Origin: Candidatus Wolfebacteria bacterium GW2011_GWA1_44_24
Lineage (GTDB): Bacteria > Patescibacteriota > Minisyncoccia > UBA6257 > UBA9933
NCBI GenBank assembly: GCA_001001115.1
Contig: LCIO01000001.1
Coordinates: forward strand, 236,710-300,709
Length of the DNA: 64,000 nucleotides
Reading direction: 5' to 3'
Below, piece after piece: positions 35,338 to 45,123 of this stretch. The position numbers and the translations under genes were made by a program. The first letter of the stretch is position 1. Each line of letters starts with the position of its first letter. A model generated the notes under the pieces. The model did no database searches. It saw only the letters and a list, made by a program, of their open reading frames with translations, and had not been told where the DNA came from.

Positions 35338-36627
35338 TTAAAGATTATTTATCTCGTTTTCGGCCTGTTCCAGCGCTTTTTCCGGCGACAATCTTCCGTT
35401 TAACACAGATTCTACCATATTGGAAAAAATTTGTTTAACCGCGTTGTTGTCCGGCTGAAACCAGGATTTGGCGGTCAGAGTTTGATTAACAAATACTCCC
35501 AAGTCCGGGTCGTTTTGATATTTTTTGAATAAATCTCTTAACGCCGGCGGCCGCTTTGACGCCAGAAGATACTGTTCGGCGATTTGATTATTGGCGGCAA
35601 CGGAGATTATAAAATCCCACGCCAAAGCCGCGTTTTTGCTTTGATTAGAAACTGCCAAGCCCCAATAATCGGCGTAATTTACCGGCTTTTCTTTATTAAA
35701 CTGAAGCATCGGCGCAACCGCCAAATTCAAAAAAGGATTTTTTGATTTAATAACCGGAATTGCCGAAGCATAATTCAAAATCGCGGCGGTTGTTTCCTGG
35801 CTGAAATTATCCAAAGAAGGCCGGAGGTTGTCGTTCCAGGTGTAATAAACGCTGGAAGGATTGCCGAATTGAAGATAAAAATTCAGGGCCTCAAGGCCGC
35901 CGGTTCTGGAAAAATTCGCTTGGCCGTTTTTATCGATCATTTCGGCGCCGAACTGAAACATCAATAAACTCAATAAATCGCCGGCCTTGTCAACGCTTTT
36001 TTCCGAACCGCCGATTGCCAAAGCCGCTTTGGCGATTTTGCCGCCGGAACCGATTTCTCTGAGCCGCGGAATCAGATATTTGAATTCATCCCAAGTTTTC
36101 GGCGCCACTGCCGCGCCTTTGACGTCAAAATAATCTTTATTGTAAATCAGCGCGAGGGTATCAACATAAAGAGGCAAAGCGTAAATTCTGGCGGCGCTTG
36201 TAAAATCCTGCTCCGCCACTTGAGGGAACAATTGGCGAAATCGGGCTAAAGAAATTTGCGTTTCAGCTGCCGGAAAAATTTTATTGTAATGTTTCGGCAG
36301 CCAACTATTGCGAAACATAAAAATATCCGGACCTTGACCGCTGGCCAAGGCGTCAACCAGAGAATCTTCAAAACTGTTTTCCGGAAATTGAGCGTAAGTT
36401 ATTCTGACGCTCGGATTAATCTGGGAATAAGCGTCTATGGTTTGCCTCATTATCGTTTCATCTTCAATGCCCCAGAAAACGATTTCCGTTTGTTTTCCGC
36501 CGTAAAGGCCGCCGCCGGTTCCCGATTGCCTTAATCCCGGAAGGACGCCCAAAAGAATCAAAACGAAAAATAAAACCGCTGATCCGGCAATGCCAATAAT
36601 AATTATTTGATTGCGGGTGAAATTCAT
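35338..36627 (-). CDS. Extracellular solute-binding protein (sugar-type ABC SBP family 1), membrane anchored
   Basis: 429 aa, N-terminal TM anchor, typical SBP_bac_1 length and composition. No permease/ATPase adjacent. Confidence 0.65.
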   Translation of the reverse strand: MNFTRNQIIIIGIAGSAVLFFVLILLGVLPGLRQSGTGGGLYGGKQTEIVFWGIEDETIMRQTIDAYSQINPSVRITYAQFPENSFEDSLVDALASGQGPDIFMFRNSWLPKHYNKIFPAAETQISLARFRQLFPQVAEQDFTSAARIYALPLYVDTLALIYNKDYFDVKGAAVAPKTWDEFKYLIPRLREIGSGGKIAKAALAIGGSEKSVDKAGDLLSLLMFQFGAEMIDKNGQANFSRTGGLEALNFYLQFGNPSSVYYTWNDNLRPSLDNFSQETTAAILNYASAIPVIKSKNPFLNLAVAPMLQFNKEKPVNYADYWGLAVSNQSKNAALAWDFIISVAANNQIAEQYLLASKRPPALRDLFKKYQNDPDLGVFVNQTLTAKSWFQPDNNAVKQIFSNMVESVLNGRLSPEKALEQAENEINNL

Positions 36628-39077
36628 AAAACAACTATTCCCGCCACCTTGTCTCCTTCTTTTAATCTCATTATTTTGACTCCGGAAGTGGCGCGGCCGC
36701 TGATTCTGACGCTGGAAATTTTTGTTCTGATAATTTGGCCCTTAGCGGAAAGCGCCAATAATTCTTCTTCATCGCCGATAATCCGGGCGCTAACGACTTT
36801 TCCGGTTTTGCTTGTGACTTTGGCGGTTTTAATTCCCGAACCGCCGCGGCTTTGAACTTTATATTCTTTAAGCGCTGTTTGTTTGGCAAATCCGTTTTCC
36901 ATCACCACTAATAGCCGCTGGTCGCTGGTTGCTGGTTGCTGGTCTTTTTTAATTATATCAATTCCAGCCACAAAATCACCGCCTTTCAACCTAATGGCCT
37001 TGACGCCGGCCGCTGTCCGGCCCGTTGGCCGCAATTGGCTTTCTTTGAATCTGATTGCCTGACCAAAAACGGTGGTTAAAATAATTTCGTCTTTCCCGGA
37101 AGAAAGCTTTGCCCACTTCAATTCGTCTCCCTTGGAAAGATTAATGGCAATGATGCCGCTTCGCCTGACATTGGAAAAATCTTCCAAAGATGTTTTTTTG
37201 ATTATTCCGTTTTTCGTCGTCATTACCAAATAGTTATCGGTTATTGATTGTTTGTTCTCGATTGAAGCGTAAGAAACTATGGCGCTGATGTTTTCCCCAG
37301 CCGGAATTTCCAAAAAATTCTGAATCAATTTTCCTTTGGCCGTCCGGGAACCAACCGGGATTTCATAAACTTTGGTCTGAAACGCTTTCCCTTTGTCGGT
37401 GAAAAATAAAATATTGTCGTGGGTATCGGCGGAAATAAAATGGCTCAATAAATCTTCTTCCGCCACTTCTCCGCCAATCAACCCCTTGCCGCCGCGGCGC
37501 TGAGCCTTAAAAGTCGTCGGGGGAATTCTTTTAATATAGCCCGCGGCCGAGAGAGAAATAACCGCTTCTTCCTGCGGAATCAAATCTTCTTCTTTGAATT
37601 CTTTGAGTCCGGCAACGACAACTTTGGTCCGACGTTCATCGCCGTATTTTTTTTTCAGTTCCAAAAGTTCGTCTTTGATGACTTTTAATATCTTTTGCGG
37701 GCTTTTAAGAAGCGTCTCAAGGCCGGCAATGAGTTTTCTTTTTTCTTTAAGTTCGTCTTCGATTTTTTGCCGTTCCAAAGCCGCCAAAGTCCTTAATTTC
37801 ATTTCTAAAATCGCGGCGGCCTGGATATCGGTGAGTTTGAAATTTTTCACCAATTTTTGGTGGGCTTCTTCGCTGTCTTTTGATTTTTTGATGGTTTCGA
37901 TAATTTTGTCGATTACCGAAAGCGCTTTACTCAATCCTTCCAGAATATGAGCTCTTTCCTTGGCTTTTTTAAGGTCAAATTCCGCCCGCCTTTTCACCAC
38001 TTCTCGGCGATGTTCGACATAAGCCAAAAGGATATCTTTAAGCGAAAAAAGCTGGGGCTGAATGCCCGCCGAAAGCGCTATCATGTTAAAATGAAAATCT
38101 TTTTGAAGGTCGGTATATTTATATAATTGATTGAGGATTTTTTGCGCCAAAGCGTCGTTTTTGAGTTCAATAACGATTCGCAGGCCTTCGCGGTCGCTCT
38201 CGTCGCGGATATCGCGGATTCCTTCAATTCTTTTCTCTTGCGCCAGTCCGGCGATTTTTATAATCAGCTCGGATTTGTTCACCTGGTAGGGGATTTCCGT
38301 TATGACAATATCAAGCTGATTTTTGGCTCGCTCGACAATTTCCGCCTTGGCCCGAACAGTAACGGGGCCGCGGCCGGAAGCATAAACTTCGCCAATCGAT
38401 TTTTTATCGTAGATAATTCCTCCGGTGGGAAAATCCGGACCCTGGACAAATCGCAATAAATCTTCAACAGCCGCTTTGGGGTTTTCAATCAGATGGATGA
38501 CGGCGTCAACGATTTCATTCAGATTATGAGGCGGAATATTGGTGGCCATTCCCACGGCAATTCCCGAAACGCCGTTTAACAAAAGATTAGGAAGTCTTCC
38601 CGGCAAAACTTTCGGCTCGTTGCGGCTAACGTCGTAATTGGGTTGCCAATCAACGGTTTCTTTCTCAATATCAAACAAGAGTTCTTCGCTAATTTTTGAC
38701 AACCGCGCTTCGGTATATCTCATTGCCGCGGCCGCGTCGCCGTCAACGCTGCCAAAATTGCCCTGGCCGTCGATTAAAGGATAACGCAAGGAAAAATCCT
38801 GGGCCATTCTGACCAAGGCGTCGTAAATCGACATATCGCCGTGCGGATGATATCGGGCCATTGTCTGGCCGATAACATTGGCCGATTTTCTGAATTTGAC
38901 ATTTGCGGTCAAACCGTCATCCCACATTGCCCAGAGAATCCGCCTTTGAACCGGCTTCAATCCGTCCCGAACGTCGGGCAAGGCGCGGGAAACAATTACC
39001 GACATCGCATAATCAAGATACGACTCGCGAAGTTCATCGGTGATTTCCCGTTTTTCAATTTTTTCTGTTTTATCCAT
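36624..39077 (-). CDS. gyrA: DNA gyrase subunit A
   Basis: [12 protein letters not shown], active-site region AAAMRYTE, C-terminal beta-pinwheel repeats. Confidence 0.97.
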   Translation of the reverse strand: MDKTEKIEKREITDELRESYLDYAMSVIVSRALPDVRDGLKPVQRRILWAMWDDGLTANVKFRKSANVIGQTMARYHPHGDMSIYDALVRMAQDFSLRYPLIDGQGNFGSVDGDAAAAMRYTEARLSKISEELLFDIEKETVDWQPNYDVSRNEPKVLPGRLPNLLLNGVSGIAVGMATNIPPHNLNEIVDAVIHLIENPKAAVEDLLRFVQGPDFPTGGIIYDKKSIGEVYASGRGPVTVRAKAEIVERAKNQLDIVITEIPYQVNKSELIIKIAGLAQEKRIEGIRDIRDESDREGLRIVIELKNDALAQKILNQLYKYTDLQKDFHFNMIALSAGIQPQLFSLKDILLAYVEHRREVVKRRAEFDLKKAKERAHILEGLSKALSVIDKIIETIKKSKDSEEAHQKLVKNFKLTDIQAAAILEMKLRTLAALERQKIEDELKEKRKLIAGLETLLKSPQKILKVIKDELLELKKKYGDERRTKVVVAGLKEFKEEDLIPQEEAVISLSAAGYIKRIPPTTFKAQRRGGKGLIGGEVAEEDLLSHFISADTHDNILFFTDKGKAFQTKVYEIPVGSRTAKGKLIQNFLEIPAGENISAIVSYASIENKQSITDNYLVMTTKNGIIKKTSLEDFSNVRRSGIIAINLSKGDELKWAKLSSGKDEIILTTVFGQAIRFKESQLRPTGRTAAGVKAIRLKGGDFVAGIDIIKKDQQPATSDQRLLVVMENGFAKQTALKEYKVQSRGGSGIKTAKVTSKTGKVVSARIIGDEEELLALSAKGQIIRTKISSVRISGRATSGVKIMRLKEGDKVAGIVVL

Positions 39078-39097
39078 AAAAAATCGCTTAGAAAGTC

Positions 39098-39376
39098 TTA
39101 TTCTATAGTAATTGTTCTTTCTCCCATTGCGCCGTAAAGCAAATTTCCGAATTTTTCTTTAACCTGAATCGCAATTGCCTTGAGGCCAGTCTTAAAAATA
39201 CGCCAAAAACCGATTTCCGCCTTATCCGAATGATTGCCGACCGCTTCAATTGAATATCTCAAATAAATCAGCCAAAAACCGATGACAATAACCGCTGAAA
39301 CAGCGCTCATTATAAACAGCCAGCGTTTTTTAACGCTCTCGTCGGCGGCCTGAATTTTTTTAAAAAAATTTTTCAA
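39098..39376 (-). CDS. Small hypothetical membrane protein
   Basis: 92 aa with one clear TM helix ([21 protein letters not shown]). Coupled to flanking genes. Confidence 0.4.
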   Translation of the reverse strand: MKNFFKKIQAADESVKKRWLFIMSAVSAVIVIGFWLIYLRYSIEAVGNHSDKAEIGFWRIFKTGLKAIAIQVKEKFGNLLYGAMGERTITIE

Positions 39377-39996
39377 GGTTTTAGGGTAACAATCTTTGTT
39401 TTTTTAATTTCCGCCAAATCTTTCTTTTTAATCGTTAATTTCTCCTGCGGCTCGATTTTTTGATGATTAATTTCCTCCAAAAAAATTTTCAAATCATCAG
39501 CCGGCCTTTTCAAACCGGAAATTTTATAAAAAGAAGGAATTACGATTTTCGGCTCAATCTGTTTAATCAATTTAACGGCCGACTTTTGTTCCAAAAAAGG
39601 CTTGCCGCCGGCCGGAATGAATAAAATGTCTATTTCTTCAAAATGCTCGTCGATTTCCAATTCAGGTATTTGGCTTATATGCCCCAAAAAGGCCAAGCGC
39701 AAAGATTCAACTTCGAGCAAAAAAACCGTTTTGAAAAATTTTTCCGAAGATTCTTTCAATAAATTGAAGCCGGCGATATTTATTCCTTTGATATTATATT
39801 CGCCGGGGCCGATAATCTGGCCGACTGATTCGTCGTCCGGCTGGTTAATCGGCAAAGGCGTCAAGGTTTTGAGCAAAACATCAAACTTAAAACGCGGCGT
39901 TGCCAATCCGCTCGAAGCATGGGGCGGGTCGGTCAATACAGTCGTTTCGCCGCTCATCACCTTAAAACAACCTTCGCCGTAAAAAGAAATTGTCAT
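39373..39996 (-). CDS. MBL-fold (Lactamase_B_3/UPF0173-like) protein
   Basis: MTISFYGEGCFKV...LTDP..., 207 aa, typical of short MBL-fold proteins. Confidence 0.55.
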   Translation of the reverse strand: MTISFYGEGCFKVMSGETTVLTDPPHASSGLATPRFKFDVLLKTLTPLPINQPDDESVGQIIGPGEYNIKGINIAGFNLLKESSEKFFKTVFLLEVESLRLAFLGHISQIPELEIDEHFEEIDILFIPAGGKPFLEQKSAVKLIKQIEPKIVIPSFYKISGLKRPADDLKIFLEEINHQKIEPQEKLTIKKKDLAEIKKTKIVTLKP

Positions 39997-40072
39997 GAAT
40001 ATTTTATAGTTTATATTGTATCAAAAAAGGTATTGATTTTCAACCGGCTTTGTTATAACATTCCTTACTGTT

Positions 40073-41164
40073 ATGAATTCAAAAGCAATCAACCCCGCTC
40101 TTCTGCCTCAAATCATCAAAACCGAGCCGGACTTAATTTCCTTCCTTAAAGAAGGGGATTTGGTGGAAACCAGAATTTTAACTAAAGCGCCAAAGGCGGT
40201 TTATTTTGATTTGAATAAATTCGGCACCGGCATTGTTTACGGCAACGAACTCATGAATTCCAGGGATATTCTGAAAAACTTGGCCGAAGGCGAAACAATA
40301 AGCGCCAAAGTGATTTCCTCCGACAACGAAGAAGGATTTATCGAGCTTTCATTAGCCGGCGCCTACAAGCAAAAAGAATGGCAAGTTTTGAAAGAAACGA
40401 TGGAAAATGACGAAATTCTAAGTGTTAAAATAAGCGGCGCCAATACCGGCGGCTTAACGACTGAGATCAGCGGCATCAAAGCTTTTTTGCCCGTTTCCCA
40501 ACTAAGCAATAAAAATTATCCAAGAGTCGAATCAAACAATCGGCAAGACATCGTAAAAGAACTGGGAAAAATGGTCGGCCAGGAATTAAAGGTTAAAATC
40601 ATCGACCTTAATTCCCGCACCAATAAATTGATTCTTTCCGAAAAAGAAGCGGCTGAAGAAGACACAAAAAAGCTTCTGGCCAATTACAAAGTTGGCGATA
40701 TGGTTGACGCGATTGTTTCCGGGGTGACAAATTTCGGCGTTTTTGTCCGTTTCATCGACCAGCCGGCAATCGAAGGAATGATTCATATTTCGGAACTGGA
40801 CTGGAGAATAATCGACCATCCCAAAGAAGTCGTAAAAATTGACGAAACCATCAAGGCAAAAATTGTTGAAATCAAAGACAGCCAGGTTTTTCTCTCTCTT
40901 AAATCTTTAAAATCCGATCCTTGGCAAGGTATCGAAGAAAAATTAAAAAAAGGGGAGGAGATAAGCGGCGTTGTTTATAAATGCAATCCTATAGGCGCTT
41001 TGATAAATTTGAACAACGGTCTTCAGGGATTGATTCATGTTTCCGAATTCGGCTCAACCGAAGAAATGAAAAAACAACTGGAAATCAACAAAGAATATCA
41101 GTTCGTCATTGACGCGGTCAAGCCGGAAGAAAAAAGAATTATCTTAAAAATCGCTAAAAAATAG
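40073..41164 (+). CDS. rpsA: 30S ribosomal protein S1 (four S1 domains)
   Basis: Repeated S1 OB-fold units (G.V.G.V...GA/VF V.....G.IH.SE). Confidence 0.85.
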   Translation: MNSKAINPALLPQIIKTEPDLISFLKEGDLVETRILTKAPKAVYFDLNKFGTGIVYGNELMNSRDILKNLAEGETISAKVISSDNEEGFIELSLAGAYKQKEWQVLKETMENDEILSVKISGANTGGLTTEISGIKAFLPVSQLSNKNYPRVESNNRQDIVKELGKMVGQELKVKIIDLNSRTNKLILSEKEAAEEDTKKLLANYKVGDMVDAIVSGVTNFGVFVRFIDQPAIEGMIHISELDWRIIDHPKEVVKIDETIKAKIVEIKDSQVFLSLKSLKSDPWQGIEEKLKKGEEISGVVYKCNPIGALINLNNGLQGLIHVSEFGSTEEMKKQLEINKEYQFVIDAVKPEEKRIILKIAKK

Positions 41165-41378
41165 TTATCCCCAATGGGTATTGATTTTTTTACAATAAAA
41201 TGTTAAGCTTTTAAAAGTATTGAGGAGCGGGAAAAGTGTAATCTTTATATTTTTCCAGCTCTTTAATAGTTAGTTTTGTTTGTAGGAATAAAAAGAAGGG
41301 AGGAAAAAGAACCAAGAAGGAATGGGGGTGTGTTGGAATAAAAACCTGAAGCAAAGAAAGGAAGGAGGAGAAAAAGAT

Positions 41379-41810
41379 ATGGAAAACGCGGACAGACACG
41401 GACGGGGGAGGAAATGCATTATATGTCTCAAGCCCTTCAAAAAGGGGGAAGATTCCATTTCGGGAGCGCATTCGGACCGCTGCTACACGGAATTAGGGAT
41501 AGTTTTGGAGATAAAAACGATCTCCAACCAGATTATTAACCTCCTCAGCGAGAAAGGCGTGATAATCAACGCCGCCATCAAAACAAACATCATGGAAGCG
41601 GTACGCTTCGATGGGGTAAAGAAAGCGGCAAAGGCCCTCATCTCATTCCTGAAAAAAAACTTCGGGAAAATAAAAGCGTTGCCGTTCGCCGAGTACGTTC
41701 GCTTCGTCGTCAAAGAAACGGAAGAGCTGGCGGACATCCTCGGCCTTCGTCGCTCGCCCTTCGCTGTCTTTATCGCCACTTCAAACAAAGAAATGCGCGC
41801 CAGTCCGTGA
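41379..41810 (+). CDS. Orphan hypothetical protein with N-terminal Cys/His cluster
   Basis: GGAGGAG SD 8 nt before ATG 41379. MENADRHGRGRKCIICLKPF...HSDRCY. GC visibly higher than its neighbours. Followed by a terminator. Confidence 0.45.
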   Translation: MENADRHGRGRKCIICLKPFKKGEDSISGAHSDRCYTELGIVLEIKTISNQIINLLSEKGVIINAAIKTNIMEAVRFDGVKKAAKALISFLKKNFGKIKALPFAEYVRFVVKETEELADILGLRRSPFAVFIATSNKEMRASP

Positions 41811-41865
41811 AGTCCGCGGGCGCGCTGATAAAAGAGGACGCCTCCCCTCTTTTATCTCTTCAAGA

Positions 41866-41897
41866 GCCGCAAGGTCTTTCTGACTTGCGGCTTTTTT
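41866..41897 (+). terminator. Intrinsic terminator after the orphan ORF
   Basis: GCCGCAAG-gtctttctga-CTTGCGGC then TTTTTT. Confidence 0.8.
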
Positions 41898-41906
41898 ATT
41901 TCAAAA

Positions 41907-41933
41907 TTGACAGTAAATTTGTTATAATATAAT
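41907..41933 (+). promoter_or_regulatory. ftsH promoter TTGACA-N15-TATAAT with -10 exactly 7 nt before the ATG
   Basis: TTGACA 41907-41912, TATAAT 41928-41933, CTCTGGA, ATG 41941. Confidence 0.5.
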
Positions 41934-41940
41934 CTCTGGA

Positions 41941-43779
41941 ATGATGAATAATTTATCAAAAAATATTTTGTGGGCGGTGATGACTCTTCTAATAATCGCT
42001 TTTGTTTTTTCTTTGCTCTATTCGGGACAAAAAACGCCGGCGGTTCTAACTTTGGACCAATTGGCGACAAAAATCAATTCCGGTGAAGTTTCAAAAATTG
42101 TTGTCAGCGGCAATGATTTAAAGATTGAATTAAAAACCGCTGAAAAAGCGGTTTCTAAAAAAGAAGCTGAAACCAGTTTGACCGAAACTCTTAAAAATTA
42201 CGGCGTTGAGCCGCTGGCGCTTCAAAAAGTCGGCTTTGAAATTCAGGAAGAATCGGGATTGCGATTTTGGCTTTCAATTCTAATCCCGTCGCTTCTGCCC
42301 CTGATTATTATCGGCGTTTTCTTCTGGCTGATGTTCCGCCAGGCAAAAACCGGAATGAGCCAGGCCTTCACTTTCGGCAAAGCCAATATCAAGCTTTTTT
42401 CTCAATTTAAAGACCGGATCACCTTCGAAGACGTGGCTGGACTCAAAGAAGCCAAACAAGAATTGATGGAAGTGGTTGATTTTCTGAAAAATCCCAAAAA
42501 ATATCTGGAAATCGGCGCCAAAATTCCGCGAGGCGTTTTATTGTACGGCGCGCCGGGTACCGGGAAAACGCTTTTGGCGCGCGCCGTTGCCGGCGAAGCC
42601 AATGTTCCGTTTTTCCATATCTCCGGTTCGGAATTTGTGGAAATGTTTGTCGGTGTGGGAGCTTCGCGCGTCCGCGATCTTTTTGACACCGCCAAAAAAG
42701 CCGGCCGGTCAATAATCTTTATCGATGAAATTGACGCGGTGGGACGGGAACGCGGCGCCGGACTCGGCGGCGGGCATGACGAAAGGGAACAAACCTTAAA
42801 TCAAATTTTGGTGGAGATGGACGGCTTTGAAAAAAACGACGCCCGGATAGTTATCGCGGCCACCAATCGTCCGGATGTTTTGGACCCGGCGTTGCTTCGG
42901 CCGGGCCGGTTTGACCGCCGGGTAATTCTTGATTTGCCGGATATCAACGACCGCGAAGAAATTTTAAAAATCCATTCTCTCGGTAAAATGCTGGTAAAAG
43001 ATATCAGTTTGCGGAGAGTGGCGGAACGCACGCCGGGATTTTCCGGAGCTGATTTGGCGAATTTAATGAATGAAGCGGCTATTTCAGCGGCTCGTCAAAA
43101 TAAACTCTCCATCAGCCAGCAGGATATTTTTGATTCCGTCGAGAAAGTTCTGCTCGGACCCGAACGCCGCTCCAGAATTCTATCCAAAAAAGAAAAAGAA
43201 ATTACCGCTTATCACGAAGCCGGACACGCTTTGGTGGCGGCGGGCTTAAAAAATGCCGACCCGGTTCATAAAGTATCAATCGTCGCCCGAGGCCGAGCCG
43301 GCGGCTACACCATGAAGTTGCCGATTGAGGAAACTTATTTGCGCACCAAATCCCAGTTTATGGCGGATCTCGCCACTATGCTTGGCGGGTATGTTTCCGA
43401 AAAAATCGTTTTCAGCGATATTTCCACCGGCGCTTCTAATGATTTGCAATCCGCTTCTTCTTTAGCGAGAAAACTGGTGACTAAATTCGGGATGAGCGAA
43501 AAATTGGGACCGATAACTTTCGGCAAAACCGACGAATTGGTTTTTTTAGGCCGGGAAATCGCCATGGAAAAAAATTATTCCGAAAAAGTGGCGGCGGAAA
43601 TAGATAAAGAAATAAAAGAAATCATTGAAAAGGCTCGTCAAGCGGCAAAAAGAATTATTGTTTCCAAGCGGAAATCCCTGGAAAAACTCGCTAAAACTTT
43701 GATGGAGAAAGAAACGCTTGAACGGGAAGAGTTTGAAAGCTTGATAAAAAGTTTTAAATTAAGAACAATAACTGTATAG
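41941..43779 (+). CDS. ftsH: ATP-dependent zinc metalloprotease FtsH
   Basis: [11 protein letters not shown] Walker A, SRH region, zinc site HEAGHA. Confidence 0.97.
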   Translation: MMNNLSKNILWAVMTLLIIAFVFSLLYSGQKTPAVLTLDQLATKINSGEVSKIVVSGNDLKIELKTAEKAVSKKEAETSLTETLKNYGVEPLALQKVGFEIQEESGLRFWLSILIPSLLPLIIIGVFFWLMFRQAKTGMSQAFTFGKANIKLFSQFKDRITFEDVAGLKEAKQELMEVVDFLKNPKKYLEIGAKIPRGVLLYGAPGTGKTLLARAVAGEANVPFFHISGSEFVEMFVGVGASRVRDLFDTAKKAGRSIIFIDEIDAVGRERGAGLGGGHDEREQTLNQILVEMDGFEKNDARIVIAATNRPDVLDPALLRPGRFDRRVILDLPDINDREEILKIHSLGKMLVKDISLRRVAERTPGFSGADLANLMNEAAISAARQNKLSISQQDIFDSVEKVLLGPERRSRILSKKEKEITAYHEAGHALVAAGLKNADPVHKVSIVARGRAGGYTMKLPIEETYLRTKSQFMADLATMLGGYVSEKIVFSDISTGASNDLQSASSLARKLVTKFGMSEKLGPITFGKTDELVFLGREIAMEKNYSEKVAAEIDKEIKEIIEKARQAAKRIIVSKRKSLEKLAKTLMEKETLEREEFESLIKSFKLRTITV

Positions 43780-43794
43780 ATAAAACCGTTAAAC

Positions 43795-43868
43795 GCGCCT
43801 GTAGCTCAGTTGGTCAGAGCGCCGAGCTTATACCTCGGTGGTCCTTGGTTCGAATCCAAGCAGGCGCA
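43795..43868 (+). tRNA. tRNA-Ile (anticodon UAU)
   Basis: GCGCCTG/CAGGCGC acceptor, GCTC/GAGC D stem, CCGAG-CTTATAC-CTCGG anticodon arm (34-36 = TAT), CTTGG-TTCGAAT-CCAAG T arm. Body resembles bacterial tRNA-Ile. Confidence 0.8.
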
Positions 43869-43872
43869 CCGC

Positions 43873-45123
43873 ATGAAATTCATCGCCGACCTTCACATCC
43901 ACTCCAAATATTCCCGCGCCACTTCTCCAAACATGGTTTTGGAAGAACTGGACCGCTGGGCTGACGACAAAGGCATTTTGGTTATGGGAACCGGAGATTT
44001 CACCCATCCGAAATGGTTTAAGGAGATTAAAGAAAAATTAGAACCGGCCGAACCCGGGCTTTTTAAGTTGAAGCCACAATACAAGAAAAAAACCTTCAAA
44101 GAAACTCTGGCTGAAACGCGATTTTTGTTAAGCGTGGAAATTTCCGGTATTTACAAAAAAAATGGAAAAGTTCGCAGAATCCATAATTTAATTTTTAGCC
44201 CGAATATTAAAATAGCGGAAGAAATAAACAGTCAGTTGGGTAAAATCGGCAATTTAAAATCCGACGGCCGGCCGATTCTGGGACTTGATTCCGAAAGGTT
44301 GGCTGAAATCATTTTTAACATCAACTCCGAAGCGGCAATTATCCCGGCTCACGCCTGGACGCCGTGGTTCAGTATTTTCGGCTCAATGTCCGGTTTTGAT
44401 TCCATTGAAGAATGTTTTGGCAAATACGCTGATAAAATTTTTGCCATTGAAACCGGCTTGAGCAGCGACCCGGCAATGAACTGGCAGCTTTCAAAACTGG
44501 ACAATATTGCTCTGATTTCCAATTCCGATTCTCACAGCTTGGAAAAAATCGGCCGCGAAGCCAACATATTCGACACAAAATTGTCTTATAAGGGAATAAT
44601 AGATGCGATAAAAAGCGGCGCGCCAAAATTTGTCGCCACCATCGAATTTTTCCCGGAAGAAGGCAAATATCATTATGACGGCCACAGAAACTGCGATGTC
44701 ATTTTCCATCCCGACGAAACAGCCAAACACAACGGCATTTGTCCGGTCTGTAAAAAACCGCTGGTCATCGGCGTAATGAATCGCGTCGCCAAACTAGCGG
44801 ACAAAAAAAACCTAAAAATAGAAATTGAAAATAATATCCGTAAATATGATGATTTTACGCCTTACTATAACTTGGTGGCGTTGAGAACCATTATCGCCGA
44901 AGCTTTTGCTGTTGGTCCGACTTCCAAAAAAGTAAAAGCCGAATACGAAAAATTGGTAAAAATATTCGGCAATGAACTTAAAATCCTTATGGAAACTGAT
45001 TATGACGATTTAAAATCCGCCGCCGGCGTCAAAATCGCCGAAGGAGTAAAAAGAGTCAAGGAGGGCAAATTAAAAATCCGTCCCGGCTATGACGGCGAAT
45101 ACGGAGAAGTCAAAATTTTTTAA
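43873..45123 (+). CDS. Endonuclease Q (PHP-domain, TIGR00375-type) family protein
   Basis: MKFIADLHIHSKYSRA..., PAHAWTPW, SNSDSHS, zinc ribbon CPVCKKPL, C-terminal PGYDGEYGEVKIF. Start reset to ATG 43873, since the ORF-track start overlaps the tRNA. Confidence 0.85.
   Translation: MKFIADLHIHSKYSRATSPNMVLEELDRWADDKGILVMGTGDFTHPKWFKEIKEKLEPAEPGLFKLKPQYKKKTFKETLAETRFLLSVEISGIYKKNGKVRRIHNLIFSPNIKIAEEINSQLGKIGNLKSDGRPILGLDSERLAEIIFNINSEAAIIPAHAWTPWFSIFGSMSGFDSIEECFGKYADKIFAIETGLSSDPAMNWQLSKLDNIALISNSDSHSLEKIGREANIFDTKLSYKGIIDAIKSGAPKFVATIEFFPEEGKYHYDGHRNCDVIFHPDETAKHNGICPVCKKPLVIGVMNRVAKLADKKNLKIEIENNIRKYDDFTPYYNLVALRTIIAEAFAVGPTSKKVKAEYEKLVKIFGNELKILMETDYDDLKSAAGVKIAEGVKRVKEGKLKIRPGYDGEYGEVKIF

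Noticed and set aside
43810-43872. ORF-track start of the endonuclease Q gene at 43810
   Set aside because: These 21 codons are the tRNA-Ile(UAU) gene read as protein. The family-conserved N-terminus (M.FIADLHIHS) starts at 43873.
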